Shown: positions 19,240 through 31,423, numbered from the stretch's first letter. The stretch is 64,000 nt of DNA from Candidatus Krumholzibacteriia bacterium (GCA_942492615.1 CALOFL010000013.1:72839-136838), one strand, 5' to 3'. The notes: generated by a model from the letters alone, not told the origin. Numbers and translations are program-made.

Positions 19240-20344
19240 CTACTTCGCGCGGGATCCGTTCCACCGCAGGTAGGCGTCGATGAAGTCGTCGAGATCGCCG
19301 TCGAGAACAGCCGAGGCATTGCCCGTCTCGTGGTCCGTCCTATGGTCCTTGACCTTCGTGTAGGGCTGCAGAACGTACGAACGGATCTGGCTGCCCCAGG
19401 CGATCTCCATCTTGTCGGCTTCGATCGCGTCCCGTTCCCGCTGCCTTTCCTCCATGATCCTGTGGTAGAGCTTGGCCCGCAGCATGGTCATCGCGCTTTC
19501 GCGGTTGCGGTGCTGGCTGCGCTCGCTCTGGCACTGGGCCACGACGCCGGTGGGCTCGTGGGTGATGCGAATGGCGCTGTCGGTCTTGTTCACGTGCTGG
19601 CCGCCCGCTCCCTGGGCGCGGTAGGTGTCGATCCGCAGGTCCCCCGGATCGATTTCGACCTCCACATCGTCATCCACCAGCGGATAGACGAAGACCGAGG
19701 CGAACGACGTGTGGCGTCGGCTCTGCGAATCGAAAGGTGAGATCCGCACCAGGCGGTGCACTCCGGATTCGCTCTTGAGGTAGCCGAAAGCAAACGGGTG
19801 GTCGATCTCCAGGACGGCGCTCTTGATGCCCGCCTCGTCGCCGGCCTGCAGGTCCAGGGTGGAAGCCTTCATCCCGTGGCGTTCGAAGTAGCGGGTGTAC
19901 ATGCGCAGCAGCATCTGCGCCCAGTCCTGGCTTTCGGTGCCGCCGGCGCCCGGATGGATCTCGACCACCGCCCCGCGCTCATCCTCTTCACCGCTCAACA
20001 GGAACTGGAAGTCCAGCTTCGCGACTTCCTGCTCGAGTTCACCCACCCCGCCGGCAAGATCGGCGCGGGCGTCCGGGTCGTCTTCCTCCTGGACCATTTC
20101 CGCCATCAGGGAAAGTTCCTCGACCTTCTCCATGGAGTGCTCCAGCGGGACCGTCCACTGTTTCAGGGACTGGACCTTGCGCAGGATCTTCTTCGCGGCC
20201 TCCTGATCGTTCCAGAAATCCGGATCGGCCTGCTGGGTTTCGAGCCCGGCCAGCTGCGCTTGCATGCCGGCGAAGTCAAAGACCCTCCTTCAGGGTCTCA
20301 AGGCGGTCGCGAGCACTGTCGATGCGGTCGAGAATTTCTTTCAC
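19240..20344 (-). CDS. prfB: Peptide chain release factor 2, with programmed +1 frameshift
   Basis: GTG at 20344, 22 codons, then CTT TGA C (20281-20275); the +1 frame continues to SPF and GGQ motifs. Confidence 0.97.
20275..20289 (-). promoter_or_regulatory. RF2 autoregulatory frameshift site
   Basis: Minus strand AGGAGGGTCTTTGAC: an internal Shine-Dalgarno immediately before the CTT-TGA-C slippery stop. Confidence 0.93.
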
Positions 20345-20384
20345 GTCGGCTCTTTTCCTGGCCTGCGGCCGGTGAGGATATCTG

Positions 20385-20981
20385 CTACGCCCCGGTCAGG
20401 TGGCGCTTCCAGAGGTCGTCGGCGGCGCGCGACAGTTCACGTTCGCCGCGGTCGTTGATGATGTGCACGTCGGCGGCCGCCCAGAGGCCGGCCATCGCGT
20501 CCTGCGATCTGACCCTGGCCAGGGCCTGAGCCGGGGTCAGCCCCTTGCCCTCGACGAGGCGGTCCAGCCGGATTGCGGCGGGCGCATCGACGCAGATCAC
20601 CAGGTCCATGAGCGGCGGGTCCGGCAACAGAAAATACACGGCCGCCTCGAGCACGGCAAGCGCGTGCTTTCCCCCGTCGGCCAGCGCCTGCAGCCGGGCC
20701 TCAAAATGCGCGCAAAGGGGTCCGTGAGTCAAGCTGTTCAAACGGACCATCGCTTCCGGGTCGGCGAACACCAGGGCACCGAGACGGCCCCGGTCGATCC
20801 GGTCGTCCACCAGCACGGCCTCACCGAAGTCCTGTACCAGTGCGGTCTTGATCGCGGGGCGGTCCAGAACTTCATGACCGAGGCGATCCCCGTCGAGAAC
20901 CGCGGCGCCCTTGGCGGCCAACAGCCGCGTGAGGGAAGACTTCCCCGCACCGATGGGGCCGGTGACGGTCCACCTCTTCAT
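20385..20981 (-). CDS. coaE: Dephospho-CoA kinase
   Basis: TGPIGAGKS, IDRGRLGALVFADP, LNSLTHG; overlaps the polA stop. Confidence 0.92.
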   Translation of the reverse strand: MKRWTVTGPIGAGKSSLTRLLAAKGAAVLDGDRLGHEVLDRPAIKTALVQDFGEAVLVDDRIDRGRLGALVFADPEAMVRLNSLTHGPLCAHFEARLQALADGGKHALAVLEAAVYFLLPDPPLMDLVICVDAPAAIRLDRLVEGKGLTPAQALARVRSQDAMAGLWAAADVHIINDRGERELSRAADDLWKRHLTGA

Positions 20982-23832
20982 CCGTGGGCCTCGGCCCAGT
21001 TGGCGCCCGCGTGCATGTCCACCACCAGGGGGACTGTCAGTTCCAGGGCTCCCTCCATGCCCGACCGCACGAGCTCGCGCACGGCCTCCAGTTCGCCGGC
21101 GGGCACCTCGAGCACCAGCTCGTCATGGACCTGCAGCAGCAGCAGGGCGCCGGAGTCGGCGTCGTCCAGATCCTTCTGGATCCTCAGCATGGCCAGCTTG
21201 ATGAGGTCCGCCGCCGTGCCCTGAATGGGCGTGTTGACCGCCACCCGCTCCTGGAATGATCGTACCCGATTGTTGGTCGAGTCGATGTCCGGCAACAGCC
21301 GTCTCCTGCCGAGCAGGGTCTTGACCCAGCCGTCGCGGTGCGCTTGCTCGCGGGTCTCCTCGATGAAGACCTTGACCCCGGGGTAGGTCTCGAAATACGT
21401 CTCGATGAACTGCGACGCCTCCTGGACCTTGACGCCGATCTGGCGGGCCAGCGCCCGCGATCCCATGCCGTAGATCACGCCGAAATTGATCGCCTTGGCC
21501 CGGCTGCGCATCTCGGCGGTGACGTCCTCCTCGGGTACTCCGGCGATCAGGGCGGCAGTGCGGCGGTGAACGTCCGCCCCGTCGTTGAAGGCCGCCTGCA
21601 AGCCGGGATCGTCGGCAAGGTGGGCCAGCAACCGGAGTTCGACCTGTGAGTAGTCAGCGGAAAGAAAGACGTTGTCCGCCGAACGGGTGACGAACGCCCG
21701 CCGGATCTGCCGTCCCAGTTCGGTCCGGATGGGAATGTTCTGCAGGTTCGGGTCCGAGCTCGATAGGCGGCCGGTCGCCGCCACCGCCTGGTTGTAGGAA
21801 GTGTGGATCAGACCGGTTGCCGGGTTGGCCAGGCCGGGCAGGGTTTCGACGTACGTGTTCTGCAGCTTGGCGACCTGCCGGTACTCCAGGATCAACGCCG
21901 GCAGTTCGTGTTCGTCGGCCAGGGCCGTCAGCACCGAGACGTCGGTGCTCCAGCCGGTGGCGGTCTTCTTGACGGGTTTCAACCCGAGCTTCTCGAACAG
22001 GATGACCGACAGCTGCTTGGGGCTCTGGATGTTGAAGTCCTCACCGGCGCTGGCGATGATCCGGACCTTGAGATCGGTCATCTCGGCTTCGAACCGCTCG
22101 CGGAGCTCCTCGAGGAAATCCAGGTCGATCTTGATCCCGTTGCGTTCCATCCGCAGCAGCACCGCCGCCACGGGCATCTCCAGGTCGTGGAACAGTCCGG
22201 CCATTCCGCTGTCGGCCAGCAGGGGCTCGATGACTTCGTACAGCTGCAGAGTGTAGTCGGCATCCTCGGCCGCATACAGACCCAGACGATCCGGATCCAC
22301 CGACAGGATGTCCTTCAGGCGGTCCCCCGGTTCGAACAGTTCACCAAACGGCATCATGCGGTGGTCGAGATACCCCAGGACCAGATCGTCGAGGCCGTGG
22401 CTCATCCGCCCGGGATCCAGGACGTAGGATGCGAGCATGGTGTCGAAGCGGGGGCCGTCCAGCGGCAGGTCGTGACGCCCGAGCACCCATTCGTCGAATT
22501 TCAGGTTCTGCCCCACCTTGAGGCAGCCGTTCTGCAGCACGGGCCGCAGCAGGGCCTGGACGCTGGACAGTCGCGACTCCTCCTTCCCGACCGGAAACAG
22601 CGTGCCGCCGTCGCCCGCGTTGCCGTCGGCCTCGCGCCACCGGACCGGAATGTAGGCCGGTGCCAGGCTTCTGTCCGTGGCGGTCCCAGCCGCCCAGGCA
22701 CACGCCCACGAGGCGACAGGTGTCCTGGCGCAGTCCGTCGGTCTCGGTGTCGACCGCCAGGGGAGCCAGCGGATCGAGCGGACGCCAGCCAGGACTCGAG
22801 TTTCTCGTCGTCATCCAGGATGCGGTAGCCGCGCGCGGCCCGGCGCTGCCGCGACCAGTTCGTGGCCACCGGCTCCGGCGCCTTCTGCCTGGCGATCCCG
22901 GGTGCGGCTGCTTTCGCCGGCTTCGCTTGCGGGTCACTGTCGGCCTCCGCAGGACCGTTGCTGGCCAACTTGTCCGTGAGGCCCAGCACCCGTTTCAGGC
23001 CAAGTTCCTCGAGCTGGCCGCGCACTTCCTCACCGGTGGGCAGGATGGTATCCATGGCGTCCCAGTCGAGATCGAGGTCCAGGTCATCATCGATGACGAA
23101 CAGGTTCCGCGACAGGAACACCTGGTCCCGGTTCTCTCCCAGCACCCGCTTCAGCCGCGGTGTCAGTTTGCTGGCCTCGAGGCCGTCGTAGAGCTTCTCA
23201 AGACTGCCGAATTCGCCGATCAACTTCTGGGCGGTCTTGTCCCCCACGCCGGGAGCGCCGGGGATGTTGTCGGCCTTGTCGCCGGCCAGGGCAAAGACGT
23301 CGATCAGATCAGCGGGATCCAGGCCGTAGGTCTTGCGTACGTCCTGGGCGGTCAGGGGCGTCACTTCGTCGCCGCGTCGGCCCGGCTTGAGCATCCCGGT
23401 GCGTTCGTCCAGCAGTTGCATGAAGTCCTTGTCGCCGGTGTAGAACCATACCTGGTCGGTGATGTCGACCGATCGCCGCGCGACCGTCGCCATCACGTCG
23501 TCCGCCTCGACCCCTTGTTCCTGGAGTACGGCGATGCCCCACGCAGCGAGTAGCCGGTGCAGGCGCGGCAGCTGCTCGGCCAGCTCTGCGGGCATGGGTT
23601 TGCGCTGGGCCTTGTACGCCGGATACATTTCGTGCCGGAAGGTGGGCCCCTTGACGTCGAAGACCACGGCGATCTTCTCGGGAGCGTATTTCTCGATGAG
23701 GCGGAGGATGGAGTTGAAGAACCCGAAGGCGACCGAGGTCGTCTCCCCCGAGGGGGCCGTCAGGGGCCGGTTGGCGAAGGCGAAATGGGCCCGGTAGATC
23801 AGGGCCGAGCCGTCGACGAGGATCAGCGACAC
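20978..23832 (-). CDS. polA: DNA polymerase I (two apparent frameshifts near 22770 and 22670)
   Basis: 5'-3' exonuclease (LVDGSALIYRAHFA, EADD, GDKADNIPG), DTET in an intermediate frame, then polymerase motifs TGRLSSSDPNLQNIP, DYSQVELR, AKAINFGVIYG, QVHDE. Confidence 0.93.
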
Positions 23833-23895
23833 TTGGGATACCTTTCGGTGACGATCAACGCAAACGACCCCGCCGGACGACCCCTGCGCGCGGGT

Positions 23896-24486
23896 TCAGT
23901 CCGCATAGAGCCGGCGGGACGTGATGTAGTCGGCGACCCCGCCGGGCAGCAGCCGGTGGGGCACTTGCCCCTCACGCAGCATAGCACGGAGTGCGGTCGA
24001 TGACACCGGGTGGTCGAAGTCCGTCACCGCAATCACCCGCGCCGGGTCCAGGGCACTGTCGGCGATGGCGCTCGCCGACGGGGTCAGGCCGTCCCGTGGA
24101 TAGATGACGATCTCGGCGATCTGCTGGATACGCTTGGGGTGCTTCCAGGCGCTGAAAGCCGCCAGGTTGTCCGCGCCGATAACCAGCCGCAGCAGGTCGC
24201 CGGGATATTCGTCACGCAGCTCCCGCAGGGTGTCGATGGTGTAGCAGACCCGACCGCGATCGATTTCCCGCCGGTCGATGTCGACCGCAGCGGTGCCGGC
24301 AAACGCCAGCTCGACCATCGCCAGGCGGTCGGCCGCCGGAGCGGTGTTGGCTTCCTTGTGGGGGGAGAGCCAGGCGGGCACCACGATCACCCGCGCGGCC
24401 AGACGTTGCTCGACCAGATGGCGGGCCATGGCGACGTGGCCCCGATGGACAGGATCGAACGTGCCGCCCAGGACGGCGCGGATCAT
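23896..24486 (-). CDS. nadD: Nicotinate-nucleotide adenylyltransferase
   Basis: GGTFDPVHRGH, SPHK, YTIDTL, IGADN, WK, VSST. Confidence 0.94.
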   Translation of the reverse strand: MIRAVLGGTFDPVHRGHVAMARHLVEQRLAARVIVVPAWLSPHKEANTAPAADRLAMVELAFAGTAAVDIDRREIDRGRVCYTIDTLRELRDEYPGDLLRLVIGADNLAAFSAWKHPKRIQQIAEIVIYPRDGLTPSASAIADSALDPARVIAVTDFDHPVSSTALRAMLREGQVPHRLLPGGVADYITSRRLYAD

Positions 24487-25277
24487 CAGCCGTCACCCTC
24501 GTCGTCGTCGGCATCCAGCTTGCGGAGAGCCTTCTCCGCGCGTGACGCGTACCGGCTGTCGGGGAAACCGGTGATCAGGGTCTCGTACATGTCCGCCGCG
24601 GTATCCGGATCGTTCAGCCGTTCGGCCGCTAGCGCCCGCTCCCACATGGCCTCGGGTATCAGCGAGCTGCCCGCCTCCTCGGCGATGACGTCATCGAGGG
24701 TGATCGCCACCGCCTCGTAGCGGTGCAGCTGCTTGTAGATCTTGACCTGTTCGAGGCGCTTGCGAACCATCAGGTCCGAGATCTCCCCCATGTACTCCAG
24801 GACCGCGGGCATGTGGGTCGAACCGGGGTATTCCTGGCTGAACTTCAGGAAGTGCAGGCGGGCCTCGTAGGCTCCGGTGATGTCGCGTTCGATGCGGCCG
24901 ACCTGCCACAGGTAGGCGACGCCTTCCTGGAACAGCGCATCCTCGACCCGCGGGCTGGTGGGAAAGTCCTTGCGCAGGATCTGGAATTCCACGGCCGCCA
25001 GGGGGTACTCACCCATTTCGAGATAGGTCTTGCCCTTGAGAAACTGTGCCTCGGCGGCAAGGCTGTCGGTGGGGTTCTGCCGCACGTAGCTCTCGAGGGC
25101 GGCCACGGCCTCGATATCCTTGCCCTTTTCGGCGAAGTAGACGCCGCGTTCGTAACTGCCGGGCGGATGGGGATTCCCGGCCCCGCAACCGGCCACGACG
25201 GCAAGCACCAGTCCCCCGGCCAGCGCAGCCAGCCAGCAGCGGACAATGAGGGGTCTGATGGCGATCGCATGCAACAC
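24486..25277 (-). CDS. bamD: Outer membrane protein assembly factor BamD
   Basis: Lipobox VAGC, TPR repeats, ERDITGAYEA, YPGS, and a YKQLHRYEAV-type motif. Confidence 0.82.
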   Translation of the reverse strand: MLHAIAIRPLIVRCWLAALAGGLVLAVVAGCGAGNPHPPGSYERGVYFAEKGKDIEAVAALESYVRQNPTDSLAAEAQFLKGKTYLEMGEYPLAAVEFQILRKDFPTSPRVEDALFQEGVAYLWQVGRIERDITGAYEARLHFLKFSQEYPGSTHMPAVLEYMGEISDLMVRKRLEQVKIYKQLHRYEAVAITLDDVIAEEAGSSLIPEAMWERALAAERLNDPDTAADMYETLITGFPDSRYASRAEKALRKLDADDDEGDG

Positions 25278-25307
25278 AAAATCCTCCTGGAAGCGCGCGG
25301 AAATGTT

Positions 25308-26015
25308 TCAGTTACCGGTGTTGGCGAAGTAGACCGCAATCAGACCCACCAGGGTCCCCAGCACGACGATCTCCTCGGCCCGGCGCTGCCAGCCGCTCTC
25401 CGATGTCTCGGCGGTCGTGAACGGATAGATCGCCGAGTCGACCCGGCCAAAATCCCCGTCCTCGATACGATCACTGTAACGGCGTTCGAGGCGGTCGTTG
25501 AGATACAGCCGGCCGGAAGCGGTCGCGGCGATCTCGATCACGGCCGACACCGCCAGGTCGCGGGCCACCCACCGTCGCCAGATACCCAGTGTCCGCCCCA
25601 CATCGGGATAGCTGAGTCCGACCTGGTCCACCCGGAAGCGGTAGATATAGTCGCTTTCCGTCTGGGTCGAGTCCTCGGCGGTCGGCAGGAATACCTCGTA
25701 GCCGCGGTCCAGCAGGATCCCGGATGCCACCGTGCCGAAGATGAGGTCGGCGTCCGTACCGCCGTCGTCGACCAGGAGGATACGCCCCGGCGACGGCGGA
25801 AGTTCCCGGCTGGATGCCGTGATGATCTCGGCCATGAGGGCCTCGGTCAGCCACAGGTTGGACCGCAGGGTATCGGCCTGGCCGAGACCCGGCAGCTGCG
25901 CCGGCGCAGCCGTATCGGCAGCAGGCGACTCGACAGCTGCGACCTCAGCCGCGGCCACCGGACCCAGACACAGGCAGAGGCACGCCGCGACCGCCCCGAC
26001 AAGTTTCCGTTTCAT
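25308..26015 (-). CDS. Hypothetical exported protein with C-terminal hydrophobic anchor
   Basis: Start MKRKLVGAV (26015); signal peptide; alpha/beta domain; terminal IVVLGTLVGLIAVYF helix. Confidence 0.75.
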   Translation of the reverse strand: MKRKLVGAVAACLCLCLGPVAAAEVAAVESPAADTAAPAQLPGLGQADTLRSNLWLTEALMAEIITASSRELPPSPGRILLVDDGGTDADLIFGTVASGILLDRGYEVFLPTAEDSTQTESDYIYRFRVDQVGLSYPDVGRTLGIWRRWVARDLAVSAVIEIAATASGRLYLNDRLERRYSDRIEDGDFGRVDSAIYPFTTAETSESGWQRRAEEIVVLGTLVGLIAVYFANTGN

Positions 26016-26043
26016 CAGCACCGTGAACCTTTCTCCACCGCGG

Positions 26044-27504
26044 TCAAACCCGCTGTGCCCAGACATCGTAGGGCGTGACCGCCCTGAATTCGCCCCGGAT
26101 CCACTGACCCGGCTGCAGATCGGCGGCGGGCAGAAGAACGACGCCGTCAAGATCGTAGCCGAAATGATAGCTCCGGGCGACGGCCAGGGAAACTCCCGTT
26201 TCCCTAACCCCGCCCAGCGATTCCCGTTCCTTCTCGTCGAGCCAGTTGCCCCCGTGGAGGGCCTCGACGACTCCCAGGGTCTCCAGGTCCGCGTTCTGAC
26301 CGACGGACACGATCGCGTCGACCACCATGTCAAACGTGCGTCCCAGCCGCGCGGACTGCCTTTCGAGGGAAATATCCGCCTGCAGATCCATGATCAGCGC
26401 TTCCCGGTCGTGGATGACCTCGGGCGGAACCATGTTGTCCATGGTGCCCGACGGCGTGTCCTTTTCCGGCGAGAACCGATAGGTGCCCAGATGGTCGAAC
26501 TTGACCTCGGCGAGGTAATCCGCCAGCAGCGCGACGTCTTCTTCCTCCTCCCCGGGGAACCCCAGCAAGGCGGTCGATCGCAGCACCAGGTCCGGACGCT
26601 CCTCGCGCAGCGCGTGGAAAAATGCCGGCGAGGCCTTGGAACCGCCGGGCCGACGCATCGCCCGCAGGATGCGCGGCGACGCGTGCTGCACCGGAATCTC
26701 CAGGTACGGGGCACCCTTCACGAGCGCCAGCAGCCGCTTGAGATCATCTCCGGACACCAGTCCCGCATAGATGTAGAGCAGGCGCATGCGCCGCAGGCCG
26801 TCGATCCCGTTGAGACCGCTTACCAGATCGAAGAGCTTCTCCCCCGTGTCGCGTCCGTAGTCGCTGGTGTTCTGGGACACGAGCTGGATTTCGGTCACGC
26901 CCCGGTCGACCAGGTGGCGGACCTCCGTGATGATCTCGTCGGTCAGACGGCTGCGCAGCTTGCCCCTGATCAGGGGTATCCGGCAGAAGGTGCAGGCGCA
27001 GTTGCAGCCTTCACCGATCTTGACGAACGCCAGGTGCCCCGGCGTCAGCAGCGGGCGGTCGATCATCCCCGTGTAACTGACGACCATGGGATCCTCGACG
27101 ATGGGCGGCCCCGCCAGGGGAAAGGCAGCCGTGCCGGCCGCTGCCGCGCCCGCCGTCACGCGGGGAGTCTCGAGGCAGGCGGCGACGACCCTGTCGAACT
27201 GGCCCACGCCGGCAATCACGTCGACGGTGGGAAAGCGTTCGCGAATCGAGTCCCCGTGTTCCTGCGACCAGCAGCCGCAGACCACGAGCGTCCGGTCCTC
27301 CTTGGCCTCGACGAAGGACTGCAGCGTGGCTTCGCTGTCGGCGCGGGCGGCGTCGATGAAACCGCAGCTGTTGATCACCCAGATATCCGCGTCTTCGGGA
27401 TCATTGACCGGCTGCACCCCCTTGACGGCGAACTTGCCCAGCAGCGCCTCGGAATCCACCAGGTTCTTGTCGCAGCCCAGGGTGGCGCAGAAAACCTTCT
27501 TCAT
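26044..27504 (-). CDS. rimO: Ribosomal protein S12 methylthiotransferase
   Basis: LGCDKNLVDSE, INSCGFI, radical SAM GCNCACTFCRIP, SQNTSDYG, C-terminal TRAM-like region. Confidence 0.9.
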   Translation of the reverse strand: MKKVFCATLGCDKNLVDSEALLGKFAVKGVQPVNDPEDADIWVINSCGFIDAARADSEATLQSFVEAKEDRTLVVCGCWSQEHGDSIRERFPTVDVIAGVGQFDRVVAACLETPRVTAGAAAAGTAAFPLAGPPIVEDPMVVSYTGMIDRPLLTPGHLAFVKIGEGCNCACTFCRIPLIRGKLRSRLTDEIITEVRHLVDRGVTEIQLVSQNTSDYGRDTGEKLFDLVSGLNGIDGLRRMRLLYIYAGLVSGDDLKRLLALVKGAPYLEIPVQHASPRILRAMRRPGGSKASPAFFHALREERPDLVLRSTALLGFPGEEEEDVALLADYLAEVKFDHLGTYRFSPEKDTPSGTMDNMVPPEVIHDREALIMDLQADISLERQSARLGRTFDMVVDAIVSVGQNADLETLGVVEALHGGNWLDEKERESLGGVRETGVSLAVARSYHFGYDLDGVVLLPAADLQPGQWIRGEFRAVTPYDVWAQRV

Positions 27505-29909
27505 CAGGCCTCTCCCTCCTGCATCTCGGGCAGGTCCTCGGGCTTGATCAGAACATCGCGGGCCTTGCTGCCGGTGAACGGTCCGACGATACCGGCCTCC
27601 TCGAGCATATCCATCAGGCGGCCCGCCCGCGTGTAGCCGATTCGCAGCCGTCTTTGCAGCAGCGAAGTCGAGCCGCTCTGGTGGAGAACCACCACCTCGC
27701 GCGCCTGATCGAAGAGGTCGTCCTCGCCGGTGACCATGCCGCCGCCGGAAGGGCTCTCGTTGAGGCTGATCTCCTCGGTCGTCCCGGTGAACTGCCGCCA
27801 GTGCGCGGCGATGGCTTCACACTCGTCCACGTCGATGAACGACCCGTGCACCCGGACGGGCAGCGCCCGGCCCGGCTGGAGGTAGAGCATGTCCCCGTGA
27901 CCGAGCAGCTGTTCGGCGCCGTTCATGTCCAGCACGGTCCGCGAATCGTTCTTCTGGATCACGCGAAAGGCGATGCGGCAGGGGATGTTGGCCTTGATGA
28001 CACCGGTCAGCACATCGACACTCGGCCGCTGCGTGGCCAGGATCAGATGGATGCCGACCGCCCGGGCCTTCTGCGCCAGCCGCGTGATCGGGCCCTCGAT
28101 ATCATTCCCGAGCTGGAGCATCAGGTCCGCCAGTTCGTCGACGATCGTCAGGTAGTAGGGCATCGGTTCGGTGACCGCGTCCCCGTCGCTGTCGGTGACC
28201 AGTCCCGCCTCGATCTTGGCGTTGTACTGCTGGATGTTGCGCACCGACCACTTGGCCAGCTGCCGGTAGCGGTGTTCCATCTGGGCCACCATCCACTGCA
28301 GGGCCTTGAGGGCTTCGCGCGGGTCGGTGACCACCGGCAGCAGCAGATGCGGAATCCCGTTATAGACGTTCATCTCCAGCATCTTCGGGTCGATCAGGAC
28401 CATGCGCAGACGGGACGGGTCGTTGCGCAGGATCAGGTTCGAGATGATGGCGTTCAGGCAGACCGACTTGCCGCTGCCGGTCGAACCGGCCACCAGCAGA
28501 TGCGGCAGCGAAGCGATGTCGATGCTGACCGGGCGCCCCACCACGTCTTTGCCCAGAACCACCGTCAGCGGCTCACGTTTCTGGACGCCCACGGCCTCGA
28601 GCACCTCCCGCAAGCGCACCATCCGGGCCTTGGGATTGGGGATCTCGATGCCGACGGCCGCCTTGCCGGGGATGGGGGCTTCCATCCGGATCGAGCGCGC
28701 GCGCATCGCCAAAGCGAGGTCGTCGCTGCGCTGGACGATCTGGTTGACCCTGATCCCGGGGCCGGGCTGATACTCGAAGGTCGTCACGACCGGGCCCGGC
28801 CGCACGTCCTTGACCTCGCCTTCGACGCCGAAGGACCGCAGCGTCGTCTCCAGCAGGTCCGCCGAAGCGTCGAGTTCGGCGGAGGAAATCTGCTGGGTTT
28901 CCGGACCGGCAGGCGTCAGCAGATCGAGCGCCGGCAATACCACCGGGCCGGACTTGCGCTTTGGCCTTGCGGACCGCCTTGGCGCGGGACGCGCCAGCGC
29001 CCGGCTCCCCGTCGCCGACATAGGCGCCGGCGGCGCCGGGCAGGACTCTTTCTTCTGGTTGTTGTTCACCTTCCGGCGTCTCCGGTGCGGCGACACCGCC
29101 CGCTGCCGCGGCCAGGTCGTCATCAGCGGTCACGTTGTGCAGCACCCGTTCGCGGGCCGGCAGAAGCTGGCCGGTCGCGGCGTCCGTCTCGCGTTCAGCT
29201 TCGAAGCGGATCTGGCGGGCCTCGGCCTGCTGCGCCTTCCGCTCGGTCAGCTTGGCGCGCAGCCCCTCCACGAATTCGACGGGCAGCACCCAGAGATCCT
29301 TCAGCCCCTCGGCAAAGGCGCCGCCCAGACGGCCGATGCCACCCAGCATGGCGGGCACCCAGCCCAGCCAGGGACGCAGCACCAGGGTCACGGCCACCAG
29401 CAGGAAAAGTGACAGGAAGATCCGCCCGCCCCACAGCCCGAACAGCCCGTGGAAGCCGCGGGCCAGATAGAAGCCGGCCAGACCGCCGAACCGGGCGCCG
29501 CTGTCGGCTGAGAGCGGACCGCCCGGCTGGGCCATCCAGGTGACCGTCACCAGCCACAGCGGGATCGCCCGCAGGATCCAGGGCTTGACCGAGGCCTGAC
29601 GAGAGACGAGGCAGCCGACGCCGGCGACCGCCAACAGGACGGGGAAGGCCCAGCACCAGAACGAACCGAAAACCATGTGCAGCAGCGTGCTGAAAGCGGA
29701 ACCGACCGGCCCACCGGGATTTGCCCAGCCGAACAGGTCGACCGGTCCCTCGCCGGACACCATACCCCACCAGGGCGCGATTTCCCCGGTCAGGGACAGG
29801 CCCAGATAGGCCGCCAGGGCCAGCAGCAGCAGACCGCTCAGCCAGGGCGATTCGTACCAGGGGACTCCGCCCCCGGTTCTTAGCCTTCTTCCGATTTTCG
29901 CCCTGACAC
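27504..29909 (-). CDS. ftsK: DNA translocase FtsK (apparent frameshifts near the start and near 29000)
   Basis: N-terminal TM domain in the 28573-29913 frame; motor domain GPVVT, PHLLVAGSTGSGKS, IDPKMLE, VDELADLM and gamma domain in the 27504-29123 frame. GTG 29909 lies 6 nt after AGGAGG; start approximate. Confidence 0.92.
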
Positions 29910-29931
29910 GCAAACCCTCCTGCAGATGGGA

Positions 29932-31254
29932 TCAATTCCTCTTCCAGGAAGCGTGTCGTGGCCTTGCCGGCGAGGAAGACCGGATTGTTCAGGACCTCGA
30001 GGTGGAACGGGGTGCTGGTGGGCAGTCCTTCGAAAACACATTCGTCGAGGGCCCGCCGCATCCGTGCGACAGCTTCCGCGCGATCCTTCCCATGGGTGAT
30101 GATCTTGGCCAGCAGCGAGTCGTAATGGGGCGGCACCAGGTAGTCCGAGTAGACATGGGTGTCGACCCGCACGCCCGGTCCCCCGGGCGCATGGTAATAG
30201 AAGACGCGGCCAGGGCAGGGCATGAAATCGCGTTCGGGATTCTCGGCGTTGATCCGGCACTCGATCGCGTGCCCGACATCGTGGGCGGTCCGCCGATGCG
30301 CTCGCCGGCCGCGGACCGGATCTGCTCCTTCACCAGGTCGAAGCCGGTGACCATCTCGGTCACCGGGTGCTCGACCTGGATCCGGGTGTTCATCTCCATG
30401 AAGTAGAACGAGCCGTCCTCGTCCAGCAGGAATTCCACGGTGCCGGCGCTGTGGTAGCCCACACGTTTCGCGAGCCGGACGGCGGCGTCTCCCATCCGCG
30501 TGCGCAGGTCGGGCGTCACCGCCGGCGACGGCGCCTCCTCGATCAGCTTCTGGTGGCGGCGCTGGATGGAACAATCCCGCTCGCCGAAATGCAAGACGTT
30601 GCCGTGCTTGTCTCCCAGGAGCTGGATCTCCACGTGCCGCGGATTGACCAGGTACTTCTCGAGGTAGACCGCGTCGTTGCCGAAGGCGGCGCCGGCTTCG
30701 GTGCGGGCCGCGACGTAGTTCTTGCGGAGTTCCTCCTCGTCCCAGGCCACCCGCATGCCCTTGCCGCCACCGCCGGCGGTCGCCTTGACGATGACCGGGT
30801 ACCCGGCTCCGGCGGCGAACTTGACGGCCTCCTCGACATCCTCCACCAGGTCGGTGCCCGGTACGATCGGGACCTTCGCCTTGACCGCCATGGTGCGGGC
30901 GGTGGCCTTGTCGCCCATCTGGCGGATGACATCGGCCGGCGGTCCGATCCAGGTGAAGTCGTTCTCCTCGCAGATCTCGGCGAACTCGGCGTTTTCCGAA
31001 AGGAAGCCGTAGCCGGGGTGGATGGCCTCGGCGCCGGTGATTTCCGCGGCGGCGATGATGTTGGGGATCCGCAGGTAGCTCTCGGCGCTGGTCTTCTTCC
31101 CCACGCAGACCGACTCGTCGGCGTACTTGACGTGCAACGAATTCACGTCGGCGGTGGAGTGGATGGCCACGCTCTGGATTCCCAGTTCACGGCACGCCCT
31201 CATGATTCGCAGGGCGATCTCGCCACGGTTGGCAACGAGAATCTTCTTGAACAT
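29932..31254 (-). CDS. accC: Acetyl-CoA carboxylase biotin carboxylase (frameshift near 30290; stop approximate)
   Basis: [47 protein letters not shown], then [11 protein letters not shown] and YDSLLAK in a second frame. Confidence 0.94.
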
Positions 31255-31393
31255 GCAGAACTTCCTGTCAAAAAGGCGCACGAAACCGCCTCCATCTGTC
31301 AACGGACCCGGCCACTACTTCCGGGAACCGGGCGATGAAGGCTAACAGATCACTAGGTCATATTTTGGGGTTCCGGCGGCCGGGTTGGCAAGA

Positions 31394-31423
31394 GAAAATG
31401 GGCCCGCGGGGAGGGCCATTTTC
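31394..31423 (-). terminator. Probable terminator after the pilT/U gene
   Basis: Inverted repeat GAAAATGG(G)CCC/GGGCCATTTTC, followed by CTCTT on the minus strand. It sits just after a TGA at 31447 in an alternative frame. Confidence 0.55.
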
